A stretch of DNA of 64,000 nucleotides, taken from IMG/VR virus record IMGVR_UViG_3300011226_000001, positions 64,001 through 128,000 of that record; one strand, given 5' to 3'. This DNA is from a virus. Lineage: Duplodnaviria; Caudoviricetes. Below, piece by piece: positions 19,856 to 30,006 of this stretch (its first letter is position 1; every line of letters begins with the position of its first letter). The notes below the pieces were generated by a model. That model did not search any database, was not told the DNA's origin, and saw only the letters and a program-made list of their open reading frames with translations. Both the position numbers and the translations under genes were made by a program.

Positions 19856-20342
19856 TAGGCTTAGTGGTGGAACCGAAACCACCCTCGCCGCGCTCGGTAT
19901 CATCCAGTTCGGTAACCTGAACGACAGGCATCAACGGTACAGGGAAGAACAGCACTTGCGCATACGCTTCGCCTTTCTTGACAACAAGGCGCTGCGTTTC
20001 GCCGTGATTCGGTCGATATGTTTCAGTGCTTTCAACTTTAGTGCCCTTGCCACCCAGATGCAGAGCAGCCATCCACTGACCACGATAGTCACTGTCAATC
20101 ACACCGAGAGTGTTAGACAGTTGGCAGTTGAACTTAGCGCCCAGGCCGCTGCGCGGGAAGATGATACCAACATAACCTTCAGGTACCGCAGCTTTAAAGC
20201 CCAGCTCGAACAGCTGGGTGTTGTTTGTGATTTCCATATCTTCCTGAGCGAACAGGTCAATACCAGCAGCCTGACCAGAAGCGCGTTCAGGCATAATGAA
20301 GTCGGGGAAACGTTCGAGGTCGGGCATTACTTTGAATTGCAT
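19848..20342 (-). CDS. dut: dUTPase (trimeric type)
   Basis: AAGIDL, PRSGLG, GVIDSDYRG, AQ, ERGEGGFGST motifs. Confidence 0.95.
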   Translation of the reverse strand: MQFKVMPDLERFPDFIMPERASGQAAGIDLFAQEDMEITNNTQLFELGFKAAVPEGYVGIIFPRSGLGAKFNCQLSNTLGVIDSDYRGQWMAALHLGGKGTKVESTETYRPNHGETQRLVVKKGEAYAQVLFFPVPLMPVVQVTELDDTERGEGGFGSTTKPSE

Positions 20343-20352
20343 TCTTATATCC

Positions 20353-20811
20353 TTAGTTGTCGATTAGTTCTTTTACTGTACGTGGTCGTGGCGCATACTG
20401 ACATTCTTTGCCTGTAACGTAGCGACCAGAGTGCGGGCCCGTAGTAATCAAAATTACCAAGAGCAGATCACGATGCGTCACAACGACGCCCTCGCATTTG
20501 TTCGCCGTGTCATAATCAAACACAACATCGACGAACTGATTTTCGAACTCACCCTTCGCACAGATAGGTGAGTGCTTTGCGTAGTTCTCAAGGAAGTGAC
20601 GCGACACAAACAGGTCTTCATCTTCTTTGAAGTAACGACGCGGAAGATTCTTTGCGTCAATCTTCCATATCTCATTGTATGGTTGATCGTTGTCTTGACG
20701 CACAATCACTGCCGGGTAGATTCCCCAGCGTGACTTGAGAGCAATCTTCTGGCCCTCGTCACGTCCCCTCGAAGGGAACGTGGTTGCTGTTATGCCTTGA
20801 ACAACTCCCAT
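20353..20811 (-). CDS. hypothetical phage protein, apparent internal duplication of a small beta domain
   Basis: 152 aa ORF, GGAG SD. Confidence 0.7.
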   Translation of the reverse strand: MGVVQGITATTFPSRGRDEGQKIALKSRWGIYPAVIVRQDNDQPYNEIWKIDAKNLPRRYFKEDEDLFVSRHFLENYAKHSPICAKGEFENQFVDVVFDYDTANKCEGVVVTHRDLLLVILITTGPHSGRYVTGKECQYAPRPRTVKELIDN

Positions 20812-20823
20812 GAGCGTTGTCTC

Positions 20824-21378
20824 CTAAAACAGAGGCAGATGTTTGTACCGCTCAGGAATATCGTTCTTGCCATAAGCCTGAGCAGGGAAGAGACCGTACT
20901 GCCGGGCTGTCTGCGACACTTCACCGTGAGTACACGAATAAGCGAAGCTGGTCAGCTTACCGTCTAAGAATACGGCTTGATCTTCCATGAACATGTGACG
21001 TAAGAAGTACGGTACGTTAAGCGACTCACCGTTGTCGAAGAAACCGAACTGCTCGGTCAGTTGCTCTTTCGTGTACGCAAACGGCACGAAGAAGCGAATG
21101 CCACCTACAATGGATTCGAGTTCCTGATCGTGCAGAGCCTGCACTAACATCATGCGTTGCTCAACAGTCGGGTTAGTGTCAGCAGACTTCGGGTAGAGCG
21201 AGTCAGTGAGATCACGAACGAGCTTTGCAGCACGAGGTTCAGCGTCATGGCAAGTGAAGATAGATGCGCGATTGAACATGTCCAGTTCAACAAGAGCTTT
21301 GAACCCAACTTCCTTGTTGGGTGCATCTACGGCCATAGCGATGTGGTTCAGAATATAAAAGTAACCGTAGCTTTTCAT
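20824..21378 (-). CDS. hypothetical protein
   Basis: 184 aa ORF, AAGGA SD. Confidence 0.75.
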   Translation of the reverse strand: MKSYGYFYILNHIAMAVDAPNKEVGFKALVELDMFNRASIFTCHDAEPRAAKLVRDLTDSLYPKSADTNPTVEQRMMLVQALHDQELESIVGGIRFFVPFAYTKEQLTEQFGFFDNGESLNVPYFLRHMFMEDQAVFLDGKLTSFAYSCTHGEVSQTARQYGLFPAQAYGKNDIPERYKHLPLF

Positions 21379-21386
21379 TTTTATCC

Positions 21387-21689
21387 TTAAAGGTTACGGA
21401 GCATCTCACGCATTTCGTCGGTCAGTACATCAGCGATTTTCGGATTGTAATCGTTGCTTGTACGACGACGAACCTGGGTAACACGAATAGCCGTGTCGAT
21501 CATATCGTCAACAACTTTGGCAGGGTCTTCGCCGGCCTGAATCTTTGCTACAACCATTTCACGGAACTCGAACAGGTGAGTTGAGTCCATGTCTTCGGCC
21601 AACAGGCGCGGAAGGTATTCAGGATGTTTTGCGTTGTAAGTTGTAGCCATCAGGTTAACTGCTTTCTTGCGTGAAATGGTACGTGACAT
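21387..21689 (-). CDS. hypothetical early protein
   Basis: 100 aa ORF after promoter. Confidence 0.7.
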   Translation of the reverse strand: MSRTISRKKAVNLMATTYNAKHPEYLPRLLAEDMDSTHLFEFREMVVAKIQAGEDPAKVVDDMIDTAIRVTQVRRRTSNDYNPKIADVLTDEMREMLRNL

Positions 21690-21756
21690 AGTGACGATTC
21701 CCGTTATAAACGTATAGTTAAAAAATGACGTTGAGAGCGATATTGCTCTATCTATG

Positions 21757-21809
21757 ATTATATCATAGAAGCGCCTCAGATAGAAGCGCGAGTTTGTCCA
21801 GTTATTTGC
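21757..21809 (-). promoter_or_regulatory. phage early promoter
   Basis: GCAAATAACTGGACAAAC box, core 30 nt upstream of TATAAT (TATGA-extended). Confidence 0.8.
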
Positions 21810-22992
21810 TTTCTAGCGACGAGATAGCGTATGCAATCGCCAGCGCTTCACGATTCGTTGCTACAGCGCGATTGATACCGCACGTGTGGCGAGATACGAG
21901 AGTGATAGCAAAACGACGATCACCGAACTCATGCTTGCTGTCCAGCTCGTGCCAGATCTGTTGGGCATGAGTGAGAATAACCTGCTTGCGTGGTGCTTTC
22001 GGCATCGCTTTCTTTTGCTTCTTCATGTGCGGGTGTTGAGACTTAGGAATGTCCGGCACAGGCAGACGCACAGTAGGCAGATCGATTTCAACTTCCATAA
22101 GCGAGGTGCCTGTAATCCATTCGGCCTCGTCGTAGTCAACGCCGTCGTCAGGATGACCGTACTTCTGGTAGAACACGTCACGCAATTCATCGTCGTCGTT
22201 ATCGAAGTCCTCACGCGTCATAACCTCGTCACAGTCGCATTCGCAATCAAATTCGTCTTCGTCGCAAGTACAACCACGAGGCGTAGCGTTCGGCCCAATA
22301 AGGTTAAGACGCTCACACAGATCAGCCAGAGTGTCGAAGTCCATATGACGAACGCTATCGTATTCTGCAGGACGGCCTTCAACAAGTTTGCGCTCAAACT
22401 CAGCGCGGTATTCGTCAGACCACATGTTGTTTGTGCTGATACTGCCTGTATCTGCATGTGGGTTGTACAGGCTAAAGTGACGAGCGTACCCTTCGTCTTT
22501 ACCCTCAGTCTGCAACGCAATGATAAACTGAGGCAGACGTGTGTGACTGACAACAGGCGAATCTTTGACGAGAAGATTCTCAAGACCGTGCTGCGCGATC
22601 ACCCAGATAAGTGAACGTGTGATCAGCTCACAGCATTCGTTGTTATGTTTCGGCCAGAAGCCTTTACCAGCAGTGCGTGGGTCAGTGCACCACATAGTCA
22701 GCGCCATGTTAGACACAGCATTGAAGAATGTTCCGCGCCACTTCTTATTCAGCAGATTATCGAACGCGTAAATATCATCGGCAGGAAGCAGCAGCGTACC
22801 GTCACCTGAGAACGTAATCTCGTCCAGAATGCGATACGTTGCCTCTACGCTCGGTTCGCTGTCTTCGTACTGCAACGCCAGACTCGGCGCGAGCACAGTG
22901 TTTGCGATAGCGCGTAAAGCATCACGTACTTCGACACTGCCTTTCTCAAACAGGCGGCGGGCAACGACAGTGATCTCAGTTTGTTCGGTCAT
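21802..22992 (-). CDS. hypothetical protein with acidic Cys cluster
   Basis: 396 aa ORF, CTCDEDEFDCECDC. Confidence 0.75.
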   Translation of the reverse strand: MTEQTEITVVARRLFEKGSVEVRDALRAIANTVLAPSLALQYEDSEPSVEATYRILDEITFSGDGTLLLPADDIYAFDNLLNKKWRGTFFNAVSNMALTMWCTDPRTAGKGFWPKHNNECCELITRSLIWVIAQHGLENLLVKDSPVVSHTRLPQFIIALQTEGKDEGYARHFSLYNPHADTGSISTNNMWSDEYRAEFERKLVEGRPAEYDSVRHMDFDTLADLCERLNLIGPNATPRGCTCDEDEFDCECDCDEVMTREDFDNDDDELRDVFYQKYGHPDDGVDYDEAEWITGTSLMEVEIDLPTVRLPVPDIPKSQHPHMKKQKKAMPKAPRKQVILTHAQQIWHELDSKHEFGDRRFAITLVSRHTCGINRAVATNREALAIAYAISSLESK

Positions 22993-23294
22993 TTCTTAGG
23001 TCCTTCCTCAAGGTCAATATAGAGCGCGATCATTTCTTCAAGATTGCGGTTTGCTTTTTTCAACGCCATGAGTTTCAACAGCGTTGCTTTGCAGACGGGT
23101 AGCGGGTACTTATCTTCCGTGTACCAAGTACGTGCAAGATGGCGTACAGCGGCATCTGGGCGAGGCTCAACAGCAACAGCCAGACGCAGATTGAGTAACA
23201 TTTGTTTGAACGTTTCCCAATCTGCGGGAGTTGATGCAGCTTTGTTGATCAGGGTGCGTTGCGCATTGAACGCGGACATATCTTTCTTTGGCAT
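22989..23294 (-). CDS. hypothetical protein
   Basis: 101 aa ORF, translationally coupled. Confidence 0.7.
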   Translation of the reverse strand: MPKKDMSAFNAQRTLINKAASTPADWETFKQMLLNLRLAVAVEPRPDAAVRHLARTWYTEDKYPLPVCKATLLKLMALKKANRNLEEMIALYIDLEEGPKK

Positions 23295-23803
23295 TAGTTC
23301 AACACCGCCATCATATCATCCTGTACGGTCGCTGCGTAGCAATCAAGTAACCAGTCTTTGACAGCAGACTGTTCTTCATAACCCATAGCATTCATATCAC
23401 CGACCTGAACGATCTGATACGCAGGTGCATCGTCTTCGTTCTCGGACTTAACGCGCTGCAACACCATGACGAGCTTAGGCATTGTTGCGTCTTTGTTGAC
23501 GTAAGTGAGCGTCAGGTCGGAGCCCATACGCTCAACACTGATAGACTTAGCTTCAACAGTCGGCGCACAGACCAGAGGCCAAAGTGCGACCGTGTCGATA
23601 GCATCACGCGACACAGCAAAATCAACAACAGCGCTACGCAGGTCATGCGCGTCGGACAGCTTGCTCAGACAGCTATCATCCAGTTTGTCAGAGATGGACA
23701 TGCCTGACGACTGCATACCCGCAGCAGGTGCAGGCGATTTGTAGTTTGCAGCAGACGCGGAAGCAGACATAACCAGTGCGATAGCGATAGAAGTGAATTT
23801 CAT
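23294..23803 (-). CDS. exported protein with Sec signal peptide
   Basis: start re-called at MKFTSIAIALVMSASASA/A (GAGG SD). Confidence 0.7.
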   Translation of the reverse strand: MKFTSIAIALVMSASASAANYKSPAPAAGMQSSGMSISDKLDDSCLSKLSDAHDLRSAVVDFAVSRDAIDTVALWPLVCAPTVEAKSISVERMGSDLTLTYVNKDATMPKLVMVLQRVKSENEDDAPAYQIVQVGDMNAMGYEEQSAVKDWLLDCYAATVQDDMMAVLN

Positions 23804-23880
23804 TTTGAACCTCAATTGATAGTGAATTGTTGTGAAGCCCGTAAGCGCCACGTTAAGAATAGGTGCAGGCGAGGCTGCTA

Positions 23881-24129
23881 TTACTTTACAGACTCGCCGT
23901 GCTCTGTGCGGGTATCGTACATCGCTCTCTCGGAGAAAGCGTTGTAAACGATCCACCCTGTATCGCAAACCTCATGCAGCTTGTCTGCGCATTCCTTTGC
24001 GCTCTCGAAGTCTCTAAACTCGGCGGAAGTAACTTGATGGCCGTTGAGTGCTATCTCTTTCAGCCACGTACCTTCATATGCTTCGCCGTAGTATTTATGG
24101 GCCGCACTAAACACATGATACCGTGCCAT
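23881..24129 (-). CDS. hypothetical protein
   Basis: 82 aa ORF, GGAGG SD. Confidence 0.65.
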   Translation of the reverse strand: MARYHVFSAAHKYYGEAYEGTWLKEIALNGHQVTSAEFRDFESAKECADKLHEVCDTGWIVYNAFSERAMYDTRTEHGESVK

Positions 24130-24484
24130 GTAAACCTCCGAAGATTGTCTCTACGTATTTCAGACCATTCAGTCTGTACTCGAAGTGCGGATTACGGAAC
24201 GCGATTGTTCCGAATACGCGGCTATTAAACTGAGGACATGCTGCGTTGAGTTCAAACGGTTTAATCTGGGCGAACGCCCGGATCTTAATCACATGCGTTG
24301 CGCCCGTAAGCTCGGGAGCCCAAACAACATCAGATTTGCGTATTACATAGATACTATTGTTCTTGTCGGTCAGGACGATATAGTCAGCACGTAACAACAT
24401 GCGAGTCTTACCAAAAACAAAAGCATCCCCGTGTGCAAGACGATCTGCACAAAACTGTCTTGAAGAGTTACAGATAACGATCAT
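24107..24484 (-). CDS. hypothetical protein
   Basis: start re-called at MIVICN. Confidence 0.55.
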   Translation of the reverse strand: MIVICNSSRQFCADRLAHGDAFVFGKTRMLLRADYIVLTDKNNSIYVIRKSDVVWAPELTGATHVIKIRAFAQIKPFELNAACPQFNSRVFGTIAFRNPHFEYRLNGLKYVETIFGGLHGTVSCV

Positions 24485-24560
24485 TTTAAGACACCCCCAC
24501 GATAGGTCAGCGCATGAATTTATTGTTTGGTTTATTCTATGGCTTCTGGTTGTGAGCTTG

Positions 24561-24824
24561 CTAGGGCGCCGTTTTATTCGGTTCGCTCTCCTTGCTGTCA
24601 CGCACTTCGAACGATGATGGTGGCAAATATGTTCCATACACTGCTCGACCAAACTGGTCGTAGCCCACCACCACACGCTCATGGATATCATGTGACAATC
24701 GTTGTAATCTAACCTCCGTTCCATCGACATACTTAGATTCGACAGTACGGAAGCCTCGTTTTTCGACTAACGGCGTATTGGCGTTCGTAGCGCCATACAT
24801 AGCTTCCAGCGGCTGAACTTTCAT
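24561..24824 (-). CDS. hypothetical protein
   Basis: start re-called at MKVQPL (GAGG SD). Confidence 0.55.
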   Translation of the reverse strand: MKVQPLEAMYGATNANTPLVEKRGFRTVESKYVDGTEVRLQRLSHDIHERVVVGYDQFGRAVYGTYLPPSSFEVRDSKESEPNKTAP

Positions 24825-24825
24825 T

Positions 24826-25128
24826 TTAAGCCTCGGTGATAGTTGCAAGAATGCGAACAGCCAGTTCAGGGTTGTTCGGCGCCAGATGTTTGGTAACCAG
24901 ATTCAGAATGTCAGCACGACGACCTTTAAAGCGAACACGCATGTAAGCATCAAGGTCAGTCAAGATTTCATTCGCACGACACCAACGTTTGATAGGAGCG
25001 GGAACTTCCAGAGCACCTGGCCAAACGCAAGCGATACGATTGGTAGGCGTGATGCCCGTGATACCGAAAGAATGGCTGGTGGACGGTGCAGCGGTTGTTT
25101 TCTTTGCGATGGTTGTTGTATTGAACAT
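24826..25128 (-). CDS. hypothetical early protein
   Basis: 100 aa ORF after promoter, GAGGA SD. Confidence 0.7.
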   Translation of the reverse strand: MFNTTTIAKKTTAAPSTSHSFGITGITPTNRIACVWPGALEVPAPIKRWCRANEILTDLDAYMRVRFKGRRADILNLVTKHLAPNNPELAVRILATITEA

Positions 25129-25183
25129 GTTTATTTCCTCAGTCTAGTTATATGTGAAAAACGCGATTAAAGTGCTCACTTAC

Positions 25184-25240
25184 ATTGTAGCATAGGGCGA
25201 TCGTCTGAAACAAGCCTTATTTTGTCCAGTTATTTGCAGA
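25184..25240 (-). promoter_or_regulatory. phage early promoter (overlaps the uvsE 3' end)
   Basis: GCAAATAACTGGACAAAAT box, TTGTTT, TATGC-TACAAT. Confidence 0.8.
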
Positions 25241-26197
25241 GTTCGCACGAAAACATGCCAGTTTTATACGTGCTCTGTTTTTAGCTTTAGACTCGCACAT
25301 AAGGTCAAAATCAGTGAAAGTCAGCGCCCAGTCGTTTACGTCGTCATTGTGATAGTAGTCAGAGTGTGCGCGTAACTGCATACGATTAGCAGCGAGCTTG
25401 TTTTGATCTGGCAGACCACGTGACGGCACGAACTCTGGGCGAGATACAGAGTAATGCGCAACAGGCGTGATGCCTCGCCATGACTCTATGACACGTTGAA
25501 CACGATCATCGTTCGGCTGTATGTACTCGTTTGTCATAACCCAGTGATGATGAATATCGAGGACTATCGGGCATATGTCGGCAAGTTCTAAACAGTCTTC
25601 GATGCTGGATGTGATCTCGTCGTTCTCAACGGTCAACATCTTTCGGCAGTGATCAGAAAGTTTCGAGTGCGCTGCACGAAAGCCTTTTGCACCCAGCTTA
25701 CCGCTTAGGTGAATGTTGATCTTGAAGTCTTGAAAGCGACGACCATACCCCATGTGATAGGCGCAGTACGCATGGTACTCAAGTTCGTTAATCGAGTTAA
25801 GCACAACATCAGGTCGGTCAGACGCAAGTACAGTGAACTGACCTGGGTGGAACGAAAGTCTAACGCCAGACGTCTGAGCTAACGTACCGCACTTCCACAA
25901 CCAGTGTTCAATGTGCGTGGCGAGTTCACGCTCTTGGTAGAGGTGCGTTACCATCGGATGTGTATACAGCGGTAACAGTTCACTGGTGATTCGAAACATG
26001 CGCATATCACGGCGCAACATACTGACGTGGGCGATCATGTCGTACAGCGAAGTCAGATTGACTGTCACAACGTCACGCAACTTTTGGCGTCGCTCGTCGA
26101 GACTGAGCTTTGAGAAGTGAGTGAAACTCAGGCTCTTGTTTGGATAAGGCTGTTTGCCTTTGTCGTCTATTAGCTTGCAGGCGAATCCGAATCTCAT
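25217..26197 (-). CDS. uvsE: UV DNA damage endonuclease (UvsE/UVDE family)
   Basis: GFACK, FRITS, RLSFHPGQF, LTVEND, VLDIHHH, RAHSD, MCESKAK motifs. Confidence 0.93.
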   Translation of the reverse strand: MRFGFACKLIDDKGKQPYPNKSLSFTHFSKLSLDERRQKLRDVVTVNLTSLYDMIAHVSMLRRDMRMFRITSELLPLYTHPMVTHLYQERELATHIEHWLWKCGTLAQTSGVRLSFHPGQFTVLASDRPDVVLNSINELEYHAYCAYHMGYGRRFQDFKINIHLSGKLGAKGFRAAHSKLSDHCRKMLTVENDEITSSIEDCLELADICPIVLDIHHHWVMTNEYIQPNDDRVQRVIESWRGITPVAHYSVSRPEFVPSRGLPDQNKLAANRMQLRAHSDYYHNDDVNDWALTFTDFDLMCESKAKNRARIKLACFRANSANNWTK

Positions 26198-26255
26198 GTA
26201 AAATTTGCTCCAGAAATGACTAATGGGAAACCTTGTTAGAGGTTTCCCATGATTG

Positions 26256-26807
26256 TTACTTGCTCTTACGAGCGTGTAGATAGTTTTCGAGTTGATACAG
26301 GTTGTTTACAACGTAGGGCAGAGCCAGCTTCAACATAGGGTCTGCTTTGATCATTTCTTCCAGAGTGCGGAAGTGCTCAATGCAGATATGCAGATCACCA
26401 TCAGACAGAGGCTGGGAAGAGTTGAAGATCTCAAGCGCTCGCTTGGTCGATTCGACTTTGTTCTGCTTGTGCTCTGCGCGACGAACTTGTAGCGGCGTTG
26501 GTTCTTTCACACAGTTGCGGAACTTCAAGTTCGTTATTGTTTTGAGAATGCTGTCAAGCGTATCACCGCTGATCATACCTACGTTACGCCACGACACTTG
26601 CTTAGAGTTACGCAGCTTCTCACGAGACTTAGTATCAAACTCGGCGTACCAGCCTCCCTGCGTTTCACCGTGATCGTCGGTGTACACAGTCTCATAACCG
26701 ACGTCGCCTTCATTGCAACGCAGACCCACCTGCAACAGTGCATGATTGATCTTCTCAACACCAGCAGCAATCTCTTCCTTGCTCAACACGATCTCATTCT
26801 TTTTCAC
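26256..26807 (-). CDS. hypothetical protein
   Basis: GTG start with GGAG SD; terminator hairpin downstream. Confidence 0.65.
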   Translation of the reverse strand: MKKNEIVLSKEEIAAGVEKINHALLQVGLRCNEGDVGYETVYTDDHGETQGGWYAEFDTKSREKLRNSKQVSWRNVGMISGDTLDSILKTITNLKFRNCVKEPTPLQVRRAEHKQNKVESTKRALEIFNSSQPLSDGDLHICIEHFRTLEEMIKADPMLKLALPYVVNNLYQLENYLHARKSK

Positions 26808-26997
26808 TGTTATCTCCGTGACGGGGTTTGCATGCCCACGTAGTAAAGAAGTACACAGCAACGATGATAGCCACCAGCATAGTCAGCATTGGGTTGCGTA
26901 CTTCGAAATAAGGTAAAGCGAAAGCAATGACAACAAGCACTGCCAGTATCATTGCTTCGCGCCAGTAACGTTTAAGAGGGAAGCGCGAAGTTTTCAT
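26794..26997 (-). CDS. small two-TM membrane protein
   Basis: MKTSRF... two hydrophobic helices. Confidence 0.6.
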   Translation of the reverse strand: MKTSRFPLKRYWREAMILAVLVVIAFALPYFEVRNPMLTMLVAIIVAVYFFTTWACKPRHGDNSEKE

Positions 26998-27745
26998 CGT
27001 CTGCCGCCTGATCGTTCGACCCAAACCATTTCCACTCCGGCATAGATAAGGCCTTGATATAGTGACGCACATGGCCTTGAATTTGTTCCACACTTTGAGA
27101 TGAAGCGAGAATGAGACCGTGTACGCAGTCAATCATTTCTTCCTGAGTCATGTCGTCGTAACGATCATAACAATCAGATCCCAATTTATTGGTCAAACGC
27201 GAGCAAAACGCAAATACTGATGAGGTCTTGGCAGCATTCTGGATATACGCGCGAACACTGTCCGCCAATACCAGATGAGGATTGTTGCTCTCAGTCTCAC
27301 TTAGAACACTGCGGGTCTTACCTAACCCAACGCGTACCGTTACTTCACGCATAGTATTCTGGGTAGTATCGTCAATACTGATCATCGCATCAGCCTGATG
27401 TTGGTGAATGCCTTTCAGGCTAATAGTCTGGCGCGTCAGTTCGATATGCTGTTCAATCAGATCAGCAATCTCAGTCACCATGTTTTCAGTGTCTGCATCG
27501 AAGTAGATTGAAGCGTGACGATATTCTTCGAGACACGTAGCAGGGTGCTCATTCATCAGGTTGCGAAACACAAGCCACGGACCGTGGAAGACGCTTGACT
27601 CGTCTTTGGCTTTCTCGCCAATCGCATCGCGCAGAATAGTATACGCATTAGCGATCAGCACACGAATCTCACACACGCGATCACGCGAATCGAGATCAGA
27701 GAAGCGAACTGTGTTTGGGTGACTGCCTACGAATAACTGTTTCAT
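26972..27745 (-). CDS. hypothetical protein
   Basis: start re-called at MKQLFV. Confidence 0.7.
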   Translation of the reverse strand: MKQLFVGSHPNTVRFSDLDSRDRVCEIRVLIANAYTILRDAIGEKAKDESSVFHGPWLVFRNLMNEHPATCLEEYRHASIYFDADTENMVTEIADLIEQHIELTRQTISLKGIHQHQADAMISIDDTTQNTMREVTVRVGLGKTRSVLSETESNNPHLVLADSVRAYIQNAAKTSSVFAFCSRLTNKLGSDCYDRYDDMTQEEMIDCVHGLILASSQSVEQIQGHVRHYIKALSMPEWKWFGSNDQAADDENFALPS

Positions 27746-27746
27746 C

Positions 27747-28118
27747 TTATTTCCCCTTGAGATCGTCGAGTGATGTTGTGCTGCCCATGCGTGGTTGCGT
27801 TTTAGATTCACGTACACGCGCTCGTTGTTGTTTAACCCACGTCTTATACTCACCACGCGTCACGCCTAAGGCAAGCATAGCGTCTACATCAGAGAAGCCA
27901 GCAGCCATTAGAATCTGGATGCCGACTAGATTGGATGTGACAGCATGAGGACCGACAAGAACGACAGTGAACTGTCCATTCTTGTTTGTACCGCGAATCA
28001 ATTTCCACGCACCACGAACCACGGCAGTGTAATCGGTAAGGTTACACGCAGCGGCGTAGTCTTCGATACGCAGTGCCATGTCTTTATCAATTTGCTGGGT
28101 AGGAATTTTCTTGATCAT
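27747..28118 (-). CDS. hypothetical protein, possible HTH
   Basis: GFSDVDAMLALGVTRGEYKTWV resembles an HTH. Confidence 0.6.
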   Translation of the reverse strand: MIKKIPTQQIDKDMALRIEDYAAACNLTDYTAVVRGAWKLIRGTNKNGQFTVVLVGPHAVTSNLVGIQILMAAGFSDVDAMLALGVTRGEYKTWVKQQRARVRESKTQPRMGSTTSLDDLKGK

Positions 28119-28784
28119 TTATTCTTCCTCGTTCTCGTCTTCGGGTTCTTTACAGATAGCAGGGATGTTCTTTGTTCTTTTAAGATCCACCATAGCGACT
28201 AGCGCACGACTAACAGTGTCGTCGTGTCTGTTTTCAGCAACAGCATACATCTGGCCTATCAGGCGTTTTGAATATGCAAGTTCGGTCATGTTACCTACAA
28301 CGCGAATCAGTTTCTCCATAGAGACTGCGATAGCTTCGAGACTCTCTGTTTCCTTCAAGGCATCTTGCATCGCTGCAAGGTACATAGGAAGTCCCTGCGT
28401 CAGGAAAGTCTCATGCCACTCTTCGGCGGTGAATCGCACAAATACAGCAGATCCCCCAAGTTCGTGTACGTGATGACCGACACGAGTAGCACACTTCGCT
28501 AGATCGAGCAGTCTGCGATCAACAGGTCTGTCCCAGCTAATCTGACCACCACTAACTTCTACTCGCTCACGATTGATGGCGGTAGTGTGCGGGATAAGCA
28601 CAAAACGATGTGGTGGCTTTCCAAGCACAGTATGTTTCGAGGACACGTCAGGTGCGGACTCTCGCTCACGCAAAAGCGTTTCGATCACACGACGTTTGTT
28701 TTCATCGGTAGGGTCAGTGCGATACGCGACGAGTGCTTCTTGTACTTCATCCTCGTCCATGAGGAATTGAATGATGTTCATCAC
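28119..28784 (-). CDS. hypothetical protein
   Basis: 221 aa ORF. Confidence 0.7.
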   Translation of the reverse strand: MMNIIQFLMDEDEVQEALVAYRTDPTDENKRRVIETLLRERESAPDVSSKHTVLGKPPHRFVLIPHTTAINRERVEVSGGQISWDRPVDRRLLDLAKCATRVGHHVHELGGSAVFVRFTAEEWHETFLTQGLPMYLAAMQDALKETESLEAIAVSMEKLIRVVGNMTELAYSKRLIGQMYAVAENRHDDTVSRALVAMVDLKRTKNIPAICKEPEDENEEE

Positions 28785-29134
28785 TTAAACCCTTTGTCTA
28801 CCAGTTGATGGAGCGCTGCAAAGTAATTCGGTACTGGACCTACTGCAACACCGTTCTTGTTGAGCAAGCGAATCAAATCACGCTTCGGCCACAGATAGGG
28901 AAGATTATGCTTCACACCACGAGGGCGCTTCAACTCCTGAAAGAAGGAGAGCACCTTGATACAGATGATAGTTCCGTTCTGCATATCACGCTCAGTGAGA
29001 TCTTGCAGAGCTTTGAGCACTTCGGCCTCATGCTCCATAGCAGCGAGTTCACGATTCGCTTTAAGCAGCTTGAAGAAGTGCGTTATCTGTATGCCTGTAA
29101 GCCAGAAGTAACGCGGCAGCTTTGTCAGTTTCAT
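28781..29134 (-). CDS. hypothetical protein
   Basis: 117 aa coupled ORF. Confidence 0.65.
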   Translation of the reverse strand: MKLTKLPRYFWLTGIQITHFFKLLKANRELAAMEHEAEVLKALQDLTERDMQNGTIICIKVLSFFQELKRPRGVKHNLPYLWPKRDLIRLLNKNGVAVGPVPNYFAALHQLVDKGFK

Positions 29135-29448
29135 ACGTGGCGCTCCATAGTAGGCGCATCAATTGCAATTGCAGAGAAGCCGTCATCAGCAAAGACGACA
29201 ACACACGGATAATCCATACGCTGCGCTTTTGCTACCACGTCTTCGTGTTTGTGTTTATTGAGCACGGCCAACGATGGGCTAGAGTCTCGGTATTCATGCA
29301 GGTGATGCGTGAATGCCTCTGCGAATCCGGCACGGTCCATAACGCAGTAGCTCTTATAACCAACGCGTGTACATGCCTGTCGTTTACGCATAGCGTCAGC
29401 AACCGTAGGAAATTTGAAGCCTATAGCTACCCAAAGTTTACGCAACAT
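29131..29448 (-). CDS. hypothetical protein
   Basis: 105 aa coupled ORF. Confidence 0.6.
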   Translation of the reverse strand: MLRKLWVAIGFKFPTVADAMRKRQACTRVGYKSYCVMDRAGFAEAFTHHLHEYRDSSPSLAVLNKHKHEDVVAKAQRMDYPCVVVFADDGFSAIAIDAPTMERHV

Positions 29449-29582
29449 TATGTTGGCTCCCCTTCGTCTTCACGATCAGCGAAGCAGTTCTCACACAGGT
29501 CATCCCACTCGCCGTACACTTCATCTTCTGCTAGAGGTGTACGGCAGTCTTCACAACGTGAGTATGGTTCTTTGTCGCTCAC
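29448..29582 (-). CDS. 44 aa acidic CxxC-CxxC zinc-ribbon microprotein (not in ORF track)
   Basis: VSDKEPYSRCEDCRTPLAEDEVYGEWDDLCENCFADREDEGEPT; GTGA and TAATG overlaps with both neighbours. Confidence 0.65.
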   Translation of the reverse strand: MSDKEPYSRCEDCRTPLAEDEVYGEWDDLCENCFADREDEGEPT

Positions 29583-30001
29583 CACATCTCTCCCCATAGT
29601 TCTTCAACGGCATCACGCATAACACACACAACACGGAACTTGGTGCCCTTGACGTGTTTGTTTTCAGGCGTGATATTGAGTTGATCGATAAGTTGAGTGA
29701 CAGCTTCTGGGGAAGCGATGCCACTACGAATAACTACCCAGTCGTTAGCGGTCGAGATAAACGCCTCAAGCGAATAAGTCACATCAGGCTGATCGACAGG
29801 TTGTATGTTGTCGTGCGGACCCTTCTGCACGAGGAAAGACATTTCGATCTCAACTTCGATATCGAAGCCTTGCTCATGCAGTGCTACCCAGTTGAGATAC
29901 TCCTGCTCATTGGTGTACGTAGCAGTGAACACGTTATCCGGTTTATCTTTCTGGGTGAACGTTACGTTCCACTTCTTGTTAGTCTGGGTAAGTGTTGCCA
30001 T
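29579..30001 (-). CDS. hypothetical protein
   Basis: 140 aa ORF, GAGG SD. Confidence 0.7.
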   Translation of the reverse strand: MATLTQTNKKWNVTFTQKDKPDNVFTATYTNEQEYLNWVALHEQGFDIEVEIEMSFLVQKGPHDNIQPVDQPDVTYSLEAFISTANDWVVIRSGIASPEAVTQLIDQLNITPENKHVKGTKFRVVCVMRDAVEELWGEMW

Positions 30002-30006
30002 TGTTG

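Noticed and set aside
19631-19858. 75 aa + strand ORF
   Set aside because: Antisense to a better-supported coupled - strand membrane ORF in an all-minus region
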